A stretch of DNA of 64,000 bases, taken from the NCBI GenBank assembly GCA_043228905.1, contig JBHGNT010000009.1, positions 19,902,001 to 19,966,000 of the forward strand, written 5' to 3'. The DNA is from Azolla caroliniana (lineage: Eukaryota > Plantae > Polypodiophyta). The number at the start of each line of letters is the position of its first letter. Position 1 is the first letter of the stretch. The position numbers were made by a program, and so were the translations under genes. Below the pieces are notes generated by a model that was not told the origin of the DNA, made no database searches, and saw only the letters and a list, made by a program, of their open reading frames with translations. Positions 10,496 to 23,629 of the stretch are shown one piece after another.

Positions 10496-13400
10496 TTAAG
10501 TTTGGCTTCTACCTCTCGTTTTCCAAGCCGTGAGTAGAGCCTTGAGTGTGAGGGGTCCATAGTAACGTTTGAGCTTGCTCCCATTGATGAATCCGGGGAT
10601 GTCAAAACCTTCGAGCGTGCATAGGCGACATGCTCCTGTCTTGGTAATCTCTGAAACCACATATGGGCCTTCACCCCGTAACTTAAGCTTCTTCTTGTGT
10701 CGTTGAGAGGAGAATTTGAAGGCCATGTCGCCTTCAGCAAGCTCTTTGTTCTTGACTTTATTGGCGTGCCACACCTTTCTATTGGCTTTCTCTACCAAGA
10801 GTGCATGGAATGCGAGAAGGCGAGTTTCTGTCAGTCGTTCTAGGCTCTCTAGACGTGACGGGAGGGGGTCCCCGTCCCATCATTCTTGTACGGCGATCCT
10901 AAGGTTGGGGACCAGGAACTCGATGGGTAATACTCCTTCTTGCCCGTACACTAGTTTGAATGGTGTGTGGCGAGTTGCGACTTTGTAGAAATTACGGAAA
11001 GCCCATAATGCTGCTTGGAGTTTGGTGCTCCAATCAGACCGTGAGGCGGCGATTATCTTTGTGAGCACTACACATAACACCTTATTCGTGCTTTCCACTT
11101 GTCCGTTGCATTGAGGGTAATAAGGAGAAATTTTGCGGTGTGTCACCATAAATTCACCTAGTAAATGTGTTATCACTTCGTTGAGGAAATGCGAGCCTTG
11201 GTCACTAATGATTTCGAGCGGACATCCAAACCGTACTATGACATTTTCATACAAGAATTTGGCGGTACTACGCGCGTCGGTGTTAACGCAAGCTTTAGCT
11301 TCGACCCACTTGGTAGCATAGTCGGTGGCGGTTATTATGTATCGGTTGAGGTTGGAAGCTGGGCTGATTGGGCCGATAAAGTCGATACCCCATTTCTCGA
11401 ATGGTTGCCATGCCACCACCAAGTTTAACGTATTGAAATCCGCTTTTAGTGGGTGTTTGAAACGTTGGCACTAGTCACAACGGCGTACGTACTCGTATGT
11501 GTCTTTGAAGAGTGTTGGCCACCATAGGCCGGATTGGAGGATCTTGCGTGCAACGGTCTCGTGATTGAAATGACCACTTCCGCTCCCGCAATGAGGTTGT
11601 TCGAGGGTGGCGACGACGTCGTGGTCTGTTACACACCTCTGAAGTAGATCGTCGTTACCCCGACGGTACAAGTTGCCACGGAGCATCGTGAAGGGGCCAC
11701 ATTTCTTTAACAAGACACGCGTGTGCCTGGGGTAGTTGTTTTTGGAAGGATGCTCCTTCAGTTAGGACGCGAACGATGTTTGATGCCCATGCTGGTATGG
11801 TGTCGATCGCGAATAATGTTGCATCTGGTGTTTCATCGTTGACCCAATGGCTTCTTCTCCGTTGGGTATCCGGGAGAAATGATCGGCGAGTACATGGTCT
11901 TTTCCTTTTCTCACCATTACCTTGAAGTCGAACTCGAGTAACGTTACGATCCATCGTGAGATGCATCCGGTGGCGCGAGTTTTGTTGACTAAGTAGAGTA
12001 GGGCTTGATGATCGACAAAAAACGAGAACCGGGACGCCAAAAGGTAGTGGAGGAATTTCTTTACGCAGTAAACCATGGCCAAAGCCTCCCGTTCCCTCGT
12101 GGAGTAATTTCGTTCCGCGGCGTTCAGTTGGCGACTAGCGAAGGTGACCGGTAGGTCGAGTGCCCCTTCACCGGGTTGACCTAGCACTGCACCAATCGCG
12201 AAGGCGGAAGCGTCGGTGTGAACATGGAATTCTTTGGTCCAATCTGGGGGTCGGAGGATGGGGGCCTTAGTTAGGCACTCTTTGAAGAGCTTGAAGGAGT
12301 GTGTGCATTCTTCTGTCCATGCGAACTACTTTAATAGGGTGTAGAGCAGTCTAGCCTTGTCTGTGAACATATTAATGAAGCGTCTATAGTAACCTGCGTA
12401 TCCCATGAACCCTTGTAGTTGTTTCTCGTTCGTGGGGGGTGGCATGTCGAGGATGAGTTTTACCTTTCCTTATTGGTCAAGATCCCATGGCGGGACACGA
12501 CGTGCCCTAATATTAATCCGTGCTTGACCCAGAACTGACACTTGAGTGGGTTGAGAGAGAGTTGATAGGTCCTGCATTTTTGGGACGACTATAATCGGGG
12601 AGACCCAAGTAGTTCGTTCGATCGGGGAGATAATGCCTTCAGCCAACATTTTGTTGATTTCGGCTTTTACTTGTTGGGCGTAGTTAGGGTTCATTGGGCG
12701 TGGCCTTTGCCGGATTGTGCGGACGTCGGCTCGCATGGGGATACTATGGGTGATGACCTCGGCTAGGACTCCCTTCATGTCGACATACGACCATGCAAAC
12801 ATGTCGCTAAATTCCGTGAAGAGGGTGATGAAGGAGGTCTCCTCGTCGGATTGGAGATTTGCGGCTATGAATACCGGTTTGGAGTATGTCCCTTTCCCAG
12901 GTTGATTTCTTTCACCCTTGCCGGTCCATCGTAGACTTCTCCTAGGCCTTGGGGGGTACGTTGTGGTCTTTTACAAGCGACTGCCCTATTCTCTTGTTCA
13001 TAGAGTTTGAAGTGCTCTGGGAAGTCCACTTCCTTCGAAGTCTTCTGAGTGGTCATGGCATCACCTGGACGTGTGACTCGTTGTACCAGTTCTTCGTCCT
13101 TTACGTCTACTTCTATTTGCCAGGGTCCGAGGGTGGTGACGTTGAAGCAAGAGATCGTGTCTTCGTCCTCTCCGCAACACTTTGTACCGATAGGGTACAT
13201 TGGGTCGGTTGTGGCGAGAGCGTATACCCAATTCATCTCTGACGTCTCGGAAGCGACGGATTGGTCGTCTCTCTCACGTACGTTCCCCTCTTTGGAAGTG
13301 GCGAGTCTTTGGGGGAACGGTTGGACTCTGGTCAAGAGTTGAACTGTCTTTGTGGGGTTGCACGATAGGAGGTTGGTCTCGAACTCGGTGGTTTCTGACC

Positions 13401-16400
13401 AATCGTCTACGAGAGGGATGTCTTCTTCTTCATGCACTTTTTGTGTGTATGCTTTGATGCGGAAGGTTTTGTTGTCTTTACACATATAGATTATATCGTT
13501 CCCGAAATCCATTACCAGGCGGCTTATACGTAGGAATGGTCTTCCTAGTAAGCACTCGTAGGCCACATGGTTCGATGATCTTGTGACGACGAAGGTGAGA
13601 TTGAACTCCACTCCGGGGATAGTGAATTGATGCGCAGGGATCATGCCTTTTGGCCTTTGGATGGACGCATCTGCCATTCGTAGTTTGACATCTGAAGGAA
13701 GCATTTTTGGGCTCCCCCACTTACACCAATATTCGTCTTACCATTGACGCAGACTGGTAGAGTGAAACTAGTATCGTCGCTCTCGAAGTGAGCTTTGTGG
13801 ACATCGATTGGCAGTCCTTCGGGTTGTTTGAGGACTGTGGATGTATGGGGAGTGTGGGTGTGTATCCTTTCGCCATACCCTACCGATAGGCCACCATTGA
13901 GGCGTCGGAGGACGTCGTGCCATGGTTGAATGTCGAGTTTGAGTAGTTCTTCGAGCATGAACTCTATTTCCTTGGCGAGTAGAGGTCGTAGCAGGGGGTT
14001 GTCGGCGACGAAGGTGCCAGTGTAGCTCTGCACTTCGCGTATTGTGGGTCGCAATCTTAAATTTAAGATTTTCTAGAGTAGGGTTGTGTTGACCTCTTTG
14101 ATCGGGGTAGGATGGCAAGTGGGGGGTGTCGGTTGGTGTGATGACGGGGAGAGGTGAGGGGTTTACCCATTCTTCTAGTTGGTCGAAGTTTAAGCTTGGG
14201 AGACTAAGTGATTTTTCGAACTGTTCGTGGTGTATGAGCTTGATGTATTCTTCTACCTTTTGTTTCTCAGCTATTGGGTTTGGGTATGTCGCTAGGTGTG
14301 TCGATAGTTCTTGATTCAGATTGACAGGTAATGTTTCTATGTCTCCCTCCGATTCTTGATCTTGTTTTGAGTTCTGTGTGGAATTATTCTTTCTAGATTT
14401 TTGTCTCTTACGTGTGGTCGCAAGGAGACCTTGATCTTGGTATTTTTAATTGTGCGCTACTCGTTGGGCCCGTGTGATGACATTGGCACCGATCGTGGAT
14501 GGTACAACGGGCAACATATTTATGCCGACCCTTTTCTTCATTTCTGGGCAATAAGGTACTAAGTGTTCTTTACGGCACCCTGGGCATGATGCTTCTCTTT
14601 GGAACCATTCGATAAGGTCTTGCGACTGTTGGGTGAGACCTTGTGCCGATGGTTGTGGGGGCGTGTCGAGTGGGAGGTGTTGTGGTCGTTGGGCCATCCG
14701 ATTGTAGTATTCATATTTGGTTGGGCACTCGCTAACCATATGTGGGCCTTGGCAGCTGAAACATTTCAATTCTGACCTCCTTAGACCATTGTTGTTGCGG
14801 TATCCCATTGAGGGTTCACGTTGTTCCCCTCTCAAGACGTACAGTAGTATTTGGTCACCTTCGAAGTCCACGAAGTGGGACAACACCTCTTCTTCAATGC
14901 CATACTCCCGGTACGAATCTTCATATTTGGGGGTGCTCGCCCTGACCTGGGTTATCTGTGGTATATTCTAGTTCGGCAAGGCGGGCGCCGATGCGCGGTA
15001 GTGGGGGTTGTTGAGGGAGTATCGTTGGTAGTGGTGGGTAGCTAAGTGGTGGAGGTGAGCGTGGGTGTTCCACCATTGGCGTTTGGCCGTACTTTCTGGT
15101 GGGGGCTTGCCAGTAGTTCTCTTGTGTATGCATCACGAAAGCTTTGCACCACTTACAGTATTGCGGTCGTCGTTGATGGAGGTGGGGGCACTCATGTCCT
15201 ATGTGGTGGCCGTGGCATACCGTGCACCTTACATTTTCTCGTTGGGCATATGCCTAGGGTATTTCTATATGGGATGTTCGCGGTGGTGTCGGTAGAGTAG
15301 GGGTGGGGTCTGAGGATTTCTCGCGGTTGTTCGTAGGTGCTTGAGTGGGTATTTGTAACCCGCTTATTGAATCATCAAAGGTCATCACTACCATACAGGC
15401 TTCAGCGAACGATTGACACATCCTGCCAATCAGGAAATTTTGGAGTGTCGAATAGAACAACCCATTAATGAAACGGCTCATCAACTTGTCATCTGATATC
15501 TTGTCGCTCGGGCTACAACGATGGCACAGGCTTTTCGTGCGACGTATGTAGTTCCTGACCGTTTCGTTCGCTTCTTGCTTGAGGGCGAAAAGTTGGTCAA
15601 TTGGGTTTTCCATTTATTCCCTTGGCGAGCGAAGCTTATCAAGAAATCTTTGATGACATACTTGAAATCGGCGGCGATATCTTCATTCAAGGTTCGAAAC
15701 CAAATTCCGGCTTGGTCATCAAGTGTAAGTCCAAACACGGCTACCTTGGTGATCTTTGTGAGGGGTTCATAAGCCTGACAAATATGATAGAACCTCTCGA
15801 CGTGATCATAGGCATCGGCGAAACCGAGGAAACGTGGTACTAGTTTAGAAATGGAAGCACTCTTCCCGCTGTCATTTGTGAGGTTTCTCGGATGGTCTGT
15901 GGGTGCTCGCTCTTTTTCCATCAATGCTACGAGAGTTTGGATGGATTGTAGCGCTACTGCGAGTTCGGCATTTGGAGGTGTAGGGGTAGCTTGGTCAGGT
16001 GTAGGAGTTGTGCCCATGCGTGGTGGTGTTGGGTGTCGTTGTGTGTGGGCTTCGTTCGGGTTGTCCCCCGTTGTGCTCGAATGTGGTATGGGGCTGTGCT
16101 CCTGACCTCGGCGGTGCATGTGCGCCGATGTTTCTAGGAGGTGAAGTTTTTGTTGCACTCGTGTGAATCTATCCTTCCTTTCGGCCAAAGCGGCTTCGAT
16201 ATCTCGAGTGGTGCTTTCCGGTTGTCCTCCTTTCGCAAGCTATACCGTCCATAGATTGATTTCGTGTTCTATCACCCGTAACTCTTGCGCTGCGTCTCGT
16301 ACGTGCCGCTCTGTACTAAGTAGGTCTACCATTGGGCTCTCCTGTAGTGGGGGTGTGTTGAAAGGCGCTTTAGTTCCTGGGCTCGATAGGAGGTTCATGT
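10496..16400 (-). pseudogene. Gypsy-1 gag-pol (gag, Zn knuckle, PR, partly deleted RT, RNase H, integrase)
   Basis: gag 15254-16188; CFSCQGPHMVSEC; LRMAD...LLGRPFL; FAWSYVDMKG...WVSPIIVVPK; ASRQLNAAERNYSTREREALA; PFEKWGIDFIGP...YPQCNGQVE; GPY. Many stops and frameshifts. Confidence 0.93.
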
Positions 16401-16849
16401 TTGGTAGCATCCCTGGAGTTAGCCACCCTCCATGGTACCGAGTCGGGTTAGGTGGGACGGCATCGTGGGTTTGGTTGGTTTGGGTGGACTCCTCCTAGCG
16501 TGCGGGTCGGGTTTTGAACATCTCTGTCCATAAGGATCCGGCCATGTTTTCTGGTCAAGCCTTTATAGGTTCATGGAGGGATGAATCTTCATCGAAGGGT
16601 GAATCTTCGTCGAAGGAGGAATCTTCGTCGAAGGGTGAATCTTCGTCGGACGATGGATCCTCGTCGAAGGATGAAGGTTCGGCGAACTCTGTTCTTTCGA
16701 TGAACCTTTTATGGGAAATTCAAACTTTTTGGCGCCAACGGTCGTTTCGTGTCCCGTGGGATGATTGTAAGCCAAGAGACTCGCGGTGGTTACGCTTGCA
16801 CTCTAATGGCTCAATCTCCACAATGTTTAGTGTTAACCGAACGAATAAA

Positions 16850-17145
16850 CAAAAAATCGACTTAATTAAACTATGAAATAGTGAGAAAAAACTGAAAATC
16901 AACTTAATTAAACTATGAAATAGTGAGGAAAACAGAAAATCAACTTAATTAAACTTATGAAATAGTGAGGAAAAATAGAAAATCAACTTAATTAAACTAT
17001 GAACTAGTGAGGAAAACAGAAAATCAACTTAATTAAACTATGAAATAGTGAGGAAAACAGAAAATCAACTTAATTAAACTATGAAATAGTGAGGAAAAAC
17101 AGAAAATCAACTTAATTGAACTATGAAATAATGAGAAAAATAGAA
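16850..17145. repeat. ~42 bp tandem repeat (about 7 copies) in the gypsy-1 5' UTR
   Basis: Unit AAAATCAACTTAATTAAACTATGAAATAGTGAGGAAAACAG. Confidence 0.92.
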
Positions 17146-17260
17146 AATGGTGGTTCTCTTGCGATTTCTTCCTTCGTTAATTGGTTGGCCTCCAAGTTTT
17201 TGACCACTCGAAAAAAGGCTTCAAGTGTTGGTCGTATCCCCGGCAACGGCGCCAAATAGA

Positions 17261-17826
17261 TGTGTACTATCTATGTATCGACGGAGTCAAACCCTCGATG
17301 TTGTTTGCGAAGTTCGGACCGGCGTATACCCTTTTGATGGCGAATCGGGCGGAGGTAGTTGTCGGATACCTCCGAGCCTCACTCACTTAACGATTGGTAA
17401 ATGATTAAGCACGATATCTCTCTCACTCTCTCAAGCTCTCTCTCTCATAAACAATAGGTTAATAGATATAGACAATAAGAAGGAAGATTATGTTTATTAA
17501 CCCTCTTTGCTAAGAGGTCTAACACCAAGAAGGAGAGAGATTAGTGTTCTCTAACTAAACACCTCACTAATCTCTCTTAAGCTCAAAGGTTACAAGAAAG
17601 AGGAGAGGAAGCTCTAGCTCTAATCAATAGGAGATCTTTACAAATGGGAGAACCCCCACAAAGCCACTACTATGTGGTTTATATAGCTTTCACGTTTAGG
17701 GTATGGGCCGTTCACACTTGGACGTCTCCTTGCTTTCTTTTCCTCTTGTCATTTCCTCTTCATACTATGTCCTTGTTGATGCGCTCTTATTCGTGACTGG
17801 TTGTGTTGTTATCCCAACGCTTAACA
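17261..17826 (-). repeat. 5' LTR of gypsy-1
   Basis: TG...CA bounded, adjacent to the PBS, matches 4857-5288. Confidence 0.9.
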
Positions 17827-18035
17827 GTTGCATCGCTTGTGTATTACGTGCAGAGGACAAATATACTACTCTATTGGTTCACCTACAACCATGCTAGCAC
17901 ATATACCATATCGTTTGTTTTCAATATGCATGTCACATTGCTACATTCTTTTTGGGGGATTCTAGTACAACTCTCCTAGATGGGTGGAGAAAACTAACAG
18001 GTAAAATTGTTGCTTGTGACCATAGTGTAGCTAAT
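17827..18035 (+). pseudogene. RING-H2 exon remnant of the DNA transposon cargo gene (first exon at 4718-4830)
   Basis: Reads CIACVLRAEDKYTTLLVHLQPC*HIYHIVCFQY, homologous to ORF 39804-40121 on the opposite strand. Confidence 0.8.
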
Positions 18036-18550
18036 TAGTTCCATCTTTCCTAATTAGGTAAGCCGTATAAAGTGTGTAAACTATTTAACTATTATGGTTG
18101 TATTGTAGTAGCTAATTAGCTAACATGTAGTTAATTAGCTAAGTGGTAGCTAATTAGCTACTACCATACTTTAGTTGAGTAGCTAATTAGCGAAGTGGTA
18201 GCTAATTAGCTACTACCATAGTTTAGTTGAGTAACTAAATAGCTAAGTGTAGCTAATTAGCTACTACCATAGTTGAATACAGTAGCTAATTATCTACTAC
18301 AACAGTTTAGTTAAGTAACTAATTAGCTACTACCATACTTTAGCTCAGTAGCTAATTAGCTACTACCATAGTTTAGTACAGTAGCTAATTAGCTACGACC
18401 ATACTTTAGTTGAGTAGCTAATTAGCTAAGTGGTAGCTAATTAGCTAGTACCATAGTTTAGTACAGTAGCTAATTAGCTACCACTTAGCTAATTAGGTAC
18501 GACCATACTTTAGTTGAGTAGCTAATTAGCTACTACCATAGTTTAGTACA
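18027..18550. repeat. Array of palindromic AGCTAATTAGCT motifs
   Basis: About 20 copies separated by 10-25 bp spacers (ACTACCATAGTTTAGT-like). Confidence 0.92.
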
Positions 18551-19591
18551 AACACGTTCGCGTTCACAAGTGGAAGGATTGCGCATTCCACTTGTAGAAT
18601 CTTCTTGAAACTATCCAAATACACCCTCTCTACAAAAATTGGATGCACTAGTATCACATGTTCCACAACTTGATTAGAATTTGCAAATATAAAAATACAT
18701 GATAGGTCTACGAGTGGAGATCATTAGAAATCATGCAAGTTTGGACGTGTTGATAAGTTAATGTAGGCATAATAAAGTTCAACAATGGCTCAATATGTCC
18801 CTAATGTGCGACATGAGAAACAATAAGTTAAAGACTTATATGAAATTGGTAAGTTTTACAAAAATATGAGGTGTACTTGTAACCATACTAATAAAATGAG
18901 TTATAATTTATACTTTGACCCATACATGCATGTATATAATTGTGGACAATGTAGGATAGTGCACTTTAGGATAATGTGATTGGAATAACTAACTTATTAA
19001 AGTATTCAATACTTGTATTTAAAGTTGATCTAATATATTCCTTAGTTTGTTCGTATGGGATCAAACCATATGTATATAATTGTGGACAATGTAAGACAGT
19101 GAACTTTAGGATAATGTGGTGGAAATAACAAACCTATTAAGGCTTTCATACTTGTATTTAAAATTGATCTACTCTATTGCTTAGGTGATTCACACGGGAT
19201 CAAACTCCGAACGATAACGCTAGTGGAACTACAAGCATATAAAAACATGTGGATAACACTAGTGGAACCATTATCAACACACTACACAATCTAAGCAGCA
19301 ATGGAATAGAAACATAATAGTTTTAACAATAGAAGACAAAGATCCATAATAACAACATGGACAATCATGGCAACAATTCTACGACCATGTTATGTTAAGG
19401 TAAACTTGGACCAACATCAGCCTCAATTTAAACTAATTCATGTTTCTCCATAAATTTGGTAGTCAGCTATGCACACGGTGAAACCAATGTCATAAGTCTA
19501 CTAACCAAGTATTATAAAAATAAAATTGAAACATATAGAAGATTATAAAGAATAGAATCCACCAAGTAAAACCCAAAATTTGTATTAATAA

Positions 19592-20010
19592 TGTTATTCT
19601 CAGACCGGACAAGGCCTAACACAAGGTGTCACGGAGACACTTCACCAAAGGGTGATTACGGCATAGGATTATGACTCAACGATTACACCGACCTAAGTAG
19701 GTTACACGATTAGAGCGCTTTTGTTAATTACACGCGTAAGATATAACAGTAAGTACAGAACGGAAATCAACACAGAAGTATAAACACCATACGCTCTATT
19801 AATTATCCGCTCCGATTACAATGGGGTCTGGGCCTTTAAATAGGTTTCCGGCCCGTAGTACAAAACGGTGCCTATCGCACCTATTCGGGATCCGTCCGGA
19901 TCTGGAACGGCATACCGTTTCCAGTCCGTCCGTCCACACTATGCTTATTTACAACCATACTTAATTAATTCCTTCACTCCGTATTTTGGACTCCTTGCCG
20001 GCCGGTAACA
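19592..20010 (-). repeat. 3' LTR of gypsy-2
   Basis: Near-identical to 29767-30185; TATTTAAA on the minus strand. Confidence 0.97.
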
Positions 20011-20062
20011 CATGGCACGCCCGTGGGACAGTACCTTGTACGTCGAACCCTTCTCGGCCCCT

Positions 20063-23000
20063 TCATTGTTCACCCAAATTGTCCAAAATACTTTGTTCCA
20101 GAGTTTCCAATTGTTCTTCCGGTTGTGGTTGTTGCGGCTGTGCTTGCTGCTGCTGCTGTGGTTGCGGTTGGGACTGAGACTGCTCCGGCTGCTCTATAGG
20201 TGGCTGCTCCGTTTGTTTCTCTGACTCCGGCATCCCCGTTTGACTGCTTCCGGTCCGGTCTCCTTCCAGTAACGGTTCCTCATCACTGAGGTTGACCGTT
20301 ACTGGTTCTCGTGCTTTCTCTTCCCGGATCCGGGACCTCTCGTAGTTTTCAAACTGGATCTGCGCCTCCAGCCTGTCGTCGTCCAGCTGAGCTACAAGTT
20401 GCCGGATTTGCCCGAGTTGGTCCTCTACCAAGGCTTGAAAGTCTTCGGCCAGCTCATCTCTTATGCCGGTGAAGTCTTCGGAAGTCAGCATATAGCAATC
20501 ATCTCCCTCCTTCCGCTGGTTCTCTACGTCGGCCCGGAGCAATTGGAGTTCCGCCGCGTTCGTGGCCCACTTGGTCCACCATTTGACGGAACCGTTGTCA
20601 ATCAAGCTCTTGGTCTGGTTCAACCAAGCCCGCATGATATCCTGGATGCGACTTGCTCCCATTTGCGCTCTACTTTCCACAACTTGTCGTTCCTCCTTCA
20701 ACTGCTTGATGAGATTAGCCGTATCCTCCGCTTGCTCTCTGTAGCGCGTCAGCTGCCCTTGATATGTTGTCTGCAGCCTCTGCAGTACCTCCGCCGCTCT
20801 TTCTTTTTCCGCCTGTTGTTGCCTGAGGAGCTCTGTCCGAACCTTCTCCGCCTCTTCCAACCGTCTTCTGGTTTCCGCTTGTTCATTAGCGTATGCCGTT
20901 GCGGTCCGATCAACTGCTTGCCGGAGCTCATCCGTCTGTTCCTTGTGCTCCGTTTGCAACCGTTTATACTCTCCGTGCAAGTGCTCAAATTCCTCCGTTT
21001 TTTGTTTGAGCTTGCCGTTGATCTGGCGATGGTTCCGGTCCTCCCGGTCCTTTAGCTGCCGGAGTTCCTCTTTTAGGCGTTCTACTTCTGTTTCGGCGTT
21101 TCTCCGGAGCCTGTCCTTCTCTTGCAGCATTTTCTCCTTTTCCTCCTTGAGCCGGTCATACGCTTGGTGGCCTTTTCGTAAGCTCTCCTCGGCCCGGCGT
21201 AGATTTTCAGCAGTCTTTTTGAGTTCTGCCTCCGCTGCCGTCTTCAACTCTCTTTCGCGGCTCCTCAGCGCTTCTTGGGCAGCTAGCTCATCCTTTAAGT
21301 CCGCAAGCTCTTGGGCTTGTGCCGCATTTCTCTCCGGAACGGTTTCCGTTGCCGGGGTCTGATTGCTATGTACAGGTTGATCTGACGCTTTATTCTGTAC
21401 ATTGCCCGGAGTCACCGGTGCTTGGACTTGTGTTGTCAAAGCCAATTGAGCCATTTCCCTTGTGACCCTGTCCAAGTCTTGTTCAAGGCTCCGGATTCTG
21501 GACCGGGCCGTCTCTAGATCTACGGTTGTGACGAGCAACCGTTCGTGGTGCGCTCTCTCCTCCGCCTCTATGTACTCGACCGCTCCGGCGATTTGCTCGC
21601 CTACCCACCGTAGCCACATGCTACTGGTGCCTTGCTGCTGTACTGGTCGGGTCGGCTCGTTCATTGTGGAATTGTCTGGCCTGAGTGCCTGTATCTGCCG
21701 TTCTGGTTCTACTCCTTGGCCACCGTGTGTGCTGGCTGGGCTCGCCGGCTGTTGAGTTCCGGTTCTCGCCGTCTCCGGAGTCGTTGGAATGACTTCTTGT
21801 ATAGAAGTCGACAAGGCCAGTTCTATACGCACCGGTTCCGGTTCCTCCCTTGCGGTTTGCTCAGGTTGAGTTGGGGGCGTTTCTTCCTTTTGCGGGTCCG
21901 AACGCTCCCCCGCTGTCCCGGCGGTCCTACTTCTTGACCGTCGTTGGAGGTGCTCTATTGGCTCCTCCGTTTCCTCTTCCTAGGTAACGGCATGTATCTG
22001 TGCCGTCAAGGGTTCTGGTTCCTTCTGTCCCGGTCGCCGTATGGTTATCTTAACGGGTAGGACCGGTGACACCTCCTCCGGTTCTGGGAGCCGTTTCTTC
22101 CCTTTCGTCGCCTTCGATGCCAACAACTGCTGTCGTTTGGACGCGGGTTTCGAGGTGCTTCCTTCCGATAATCTTGGCCGCTTCTTTGGCTGAACGGTGT
22201 CGTGCCTTTCGGCTCCGGATCGTTTGCGTGAGTCGGGTGGGAACCACCGGGGTTTTGGACTAGGAGAAAGAAAAATACAAATAAGGCTAGTAAAGAATAG
22301 GTATAAAGAGTTATAAGATAAGAATCTCGTGAATCCCACGAGTTTAGTATATTTAGTCAATGTTTAGGTAGTAAGAGAGAATTATTTTAGCAAATTCGTG
22401 AATCCCACGAATATTTTAGATTGATTGATCATTATAGAAAAATAATCAACAAAAACTACAATGTGCTCCCCATCCTTATATAGTGATGGGAGAGACTAAG
22501 CATAGCTACATGCTTTTTTCTAATATGTTCATGCACACTAAATGTGCATGTGATGCTTTTCTAATCCTTGCTTTTATTTGCTAAATATAGTGCTCATGCA
22601 CGCTAGATGTGCATGAGTCACTTTTTAGTTGCTAGCGTTTTTCTATAAAATATTCACGCACTCTAAAAATACATGATTTACCTTTTAATAAAGGTATGTG
22701 TAAATAAAGCAATTATAGTTATTAAATCTATTTGTAGAACACTAAAGATAAGGTAGCATAATGGTAAAGTTGAGGTTTGGCTACGTGGAGGTACAGGTTC
22801 AAATCTTGCCCTATGCACGTGATAAATATTTTGATATTCTTATTTTATTTATTTATATGTAATTAAATCGGTTATATTATTTTTCCTTTTTCACGTAGTG
22901 TACGAAATACACTACGACAACGGTCTCGACCGGCGGCACGAGCAATGTTATCCACTGAGCTACGGCATGCCACAGCTTCCGGCCCTCCTTGCCGTCCTTT

Positions 23001-23629
23001 CCTCGTACCGTGTCGATTGCCGCGCACAAACCGTCTGCAATCAACACCGGCCAATCCACCTTGATCCCTTCATAGGTGGCTATGATCATCCCTGCCCGAT
23101 TTTTTGGCATGACAGGGGGTCGGGGGTACACGTGGCCGTACTCATGGAGCACTCGAGCTATCTCCCTGAATAGCGGATCTTCGCCGCCCTGCGTTCGATA
23201 GCCTTTGCCGGCTACAGAGTACTCACCGAAATATCGGATGAGTTGCTCCGAGGTTGGGTTATCGATCTGAAAAATACCTCCCTCCGGAAGGCCTGTTAGC
23301 GCACGGATCGCTTCCTCGGTGATGACTTCTTTGTCGAGCTCCTTGATGACCTGGTCGGCTTCTTTGTGCGGTGGTGCCTCCATGATGGTCAGGAACCCAT
23401 CCAGTCCATGTTGCCTGAGCCATTTCCTGGCCGCTTCCGACAGCGTTTGTGGGTCCATGTCTGCTTCGAGGTCGAGGAAAGATGGCGAGGTAGAGTGGTG
23501 ATGAGAGTGAGAGCGAGAGAGAGAGAGTTCCGAACGTGGGGGTTCTCTGAGTGCAGGTTCGCATCTGATAAGCTTCCACTGCCTTGGTGCTTCTGTGCTT
23601 CTTGGCTCGCGAAATGAAAAGGTCTCCAT
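20063..23629 (-). pseudogene. Gypsy-2 accessory ORF (helical PMD-like N-terminus + long coiled coil), interrupted by a solo LTR
   Basis: ORF 22877-23629 (...LLVPPVETV) rejoins QPKKRPRL (ORF 21980-22360) when 22198-22919 plus one ACGG is removed, then continues towards the 589-aa coiled-coil ORF 20063-21832. Confidence 0.7.
22198..22919. mobile_element. Solo LTR (722 bp) nested in gypsy-2
   Basis: TGTCGT...ACGACA termini, 4-bp TSD ACGG (22194-22197 and 22920-22923), AT-rich, splits a reading frame. Confidence 0.85.

Larger units (their letters stand above)
4857..17826 (-). mobile_element. Ty3/gypsy non-chromovirus (Athila/Tat-like) LTR retrotransposon, ~13 kb, decayed
   Basis: Direct repeats 4857-5288 and ~17261-17826. 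PBS TGGCGCCGTTGCCGGGGA (minus, 17237-17254). PPT G-run 5289-5296. gag-PR-RT-RH-INT on minus. Confidence 0.95.

Noticed and set aside
16850-17145. CRISPR-like ~42-bp repeats
   Set aside because: Head-to-tail with no unique spacers; lies in a retrotransposon 5' UTR.
22750-22820. Functional tRNA gene
   Set aside because: A and B boxes and a T-arm are present but no convincing acceptor or anticodon stems; reported only as tRNA-like.
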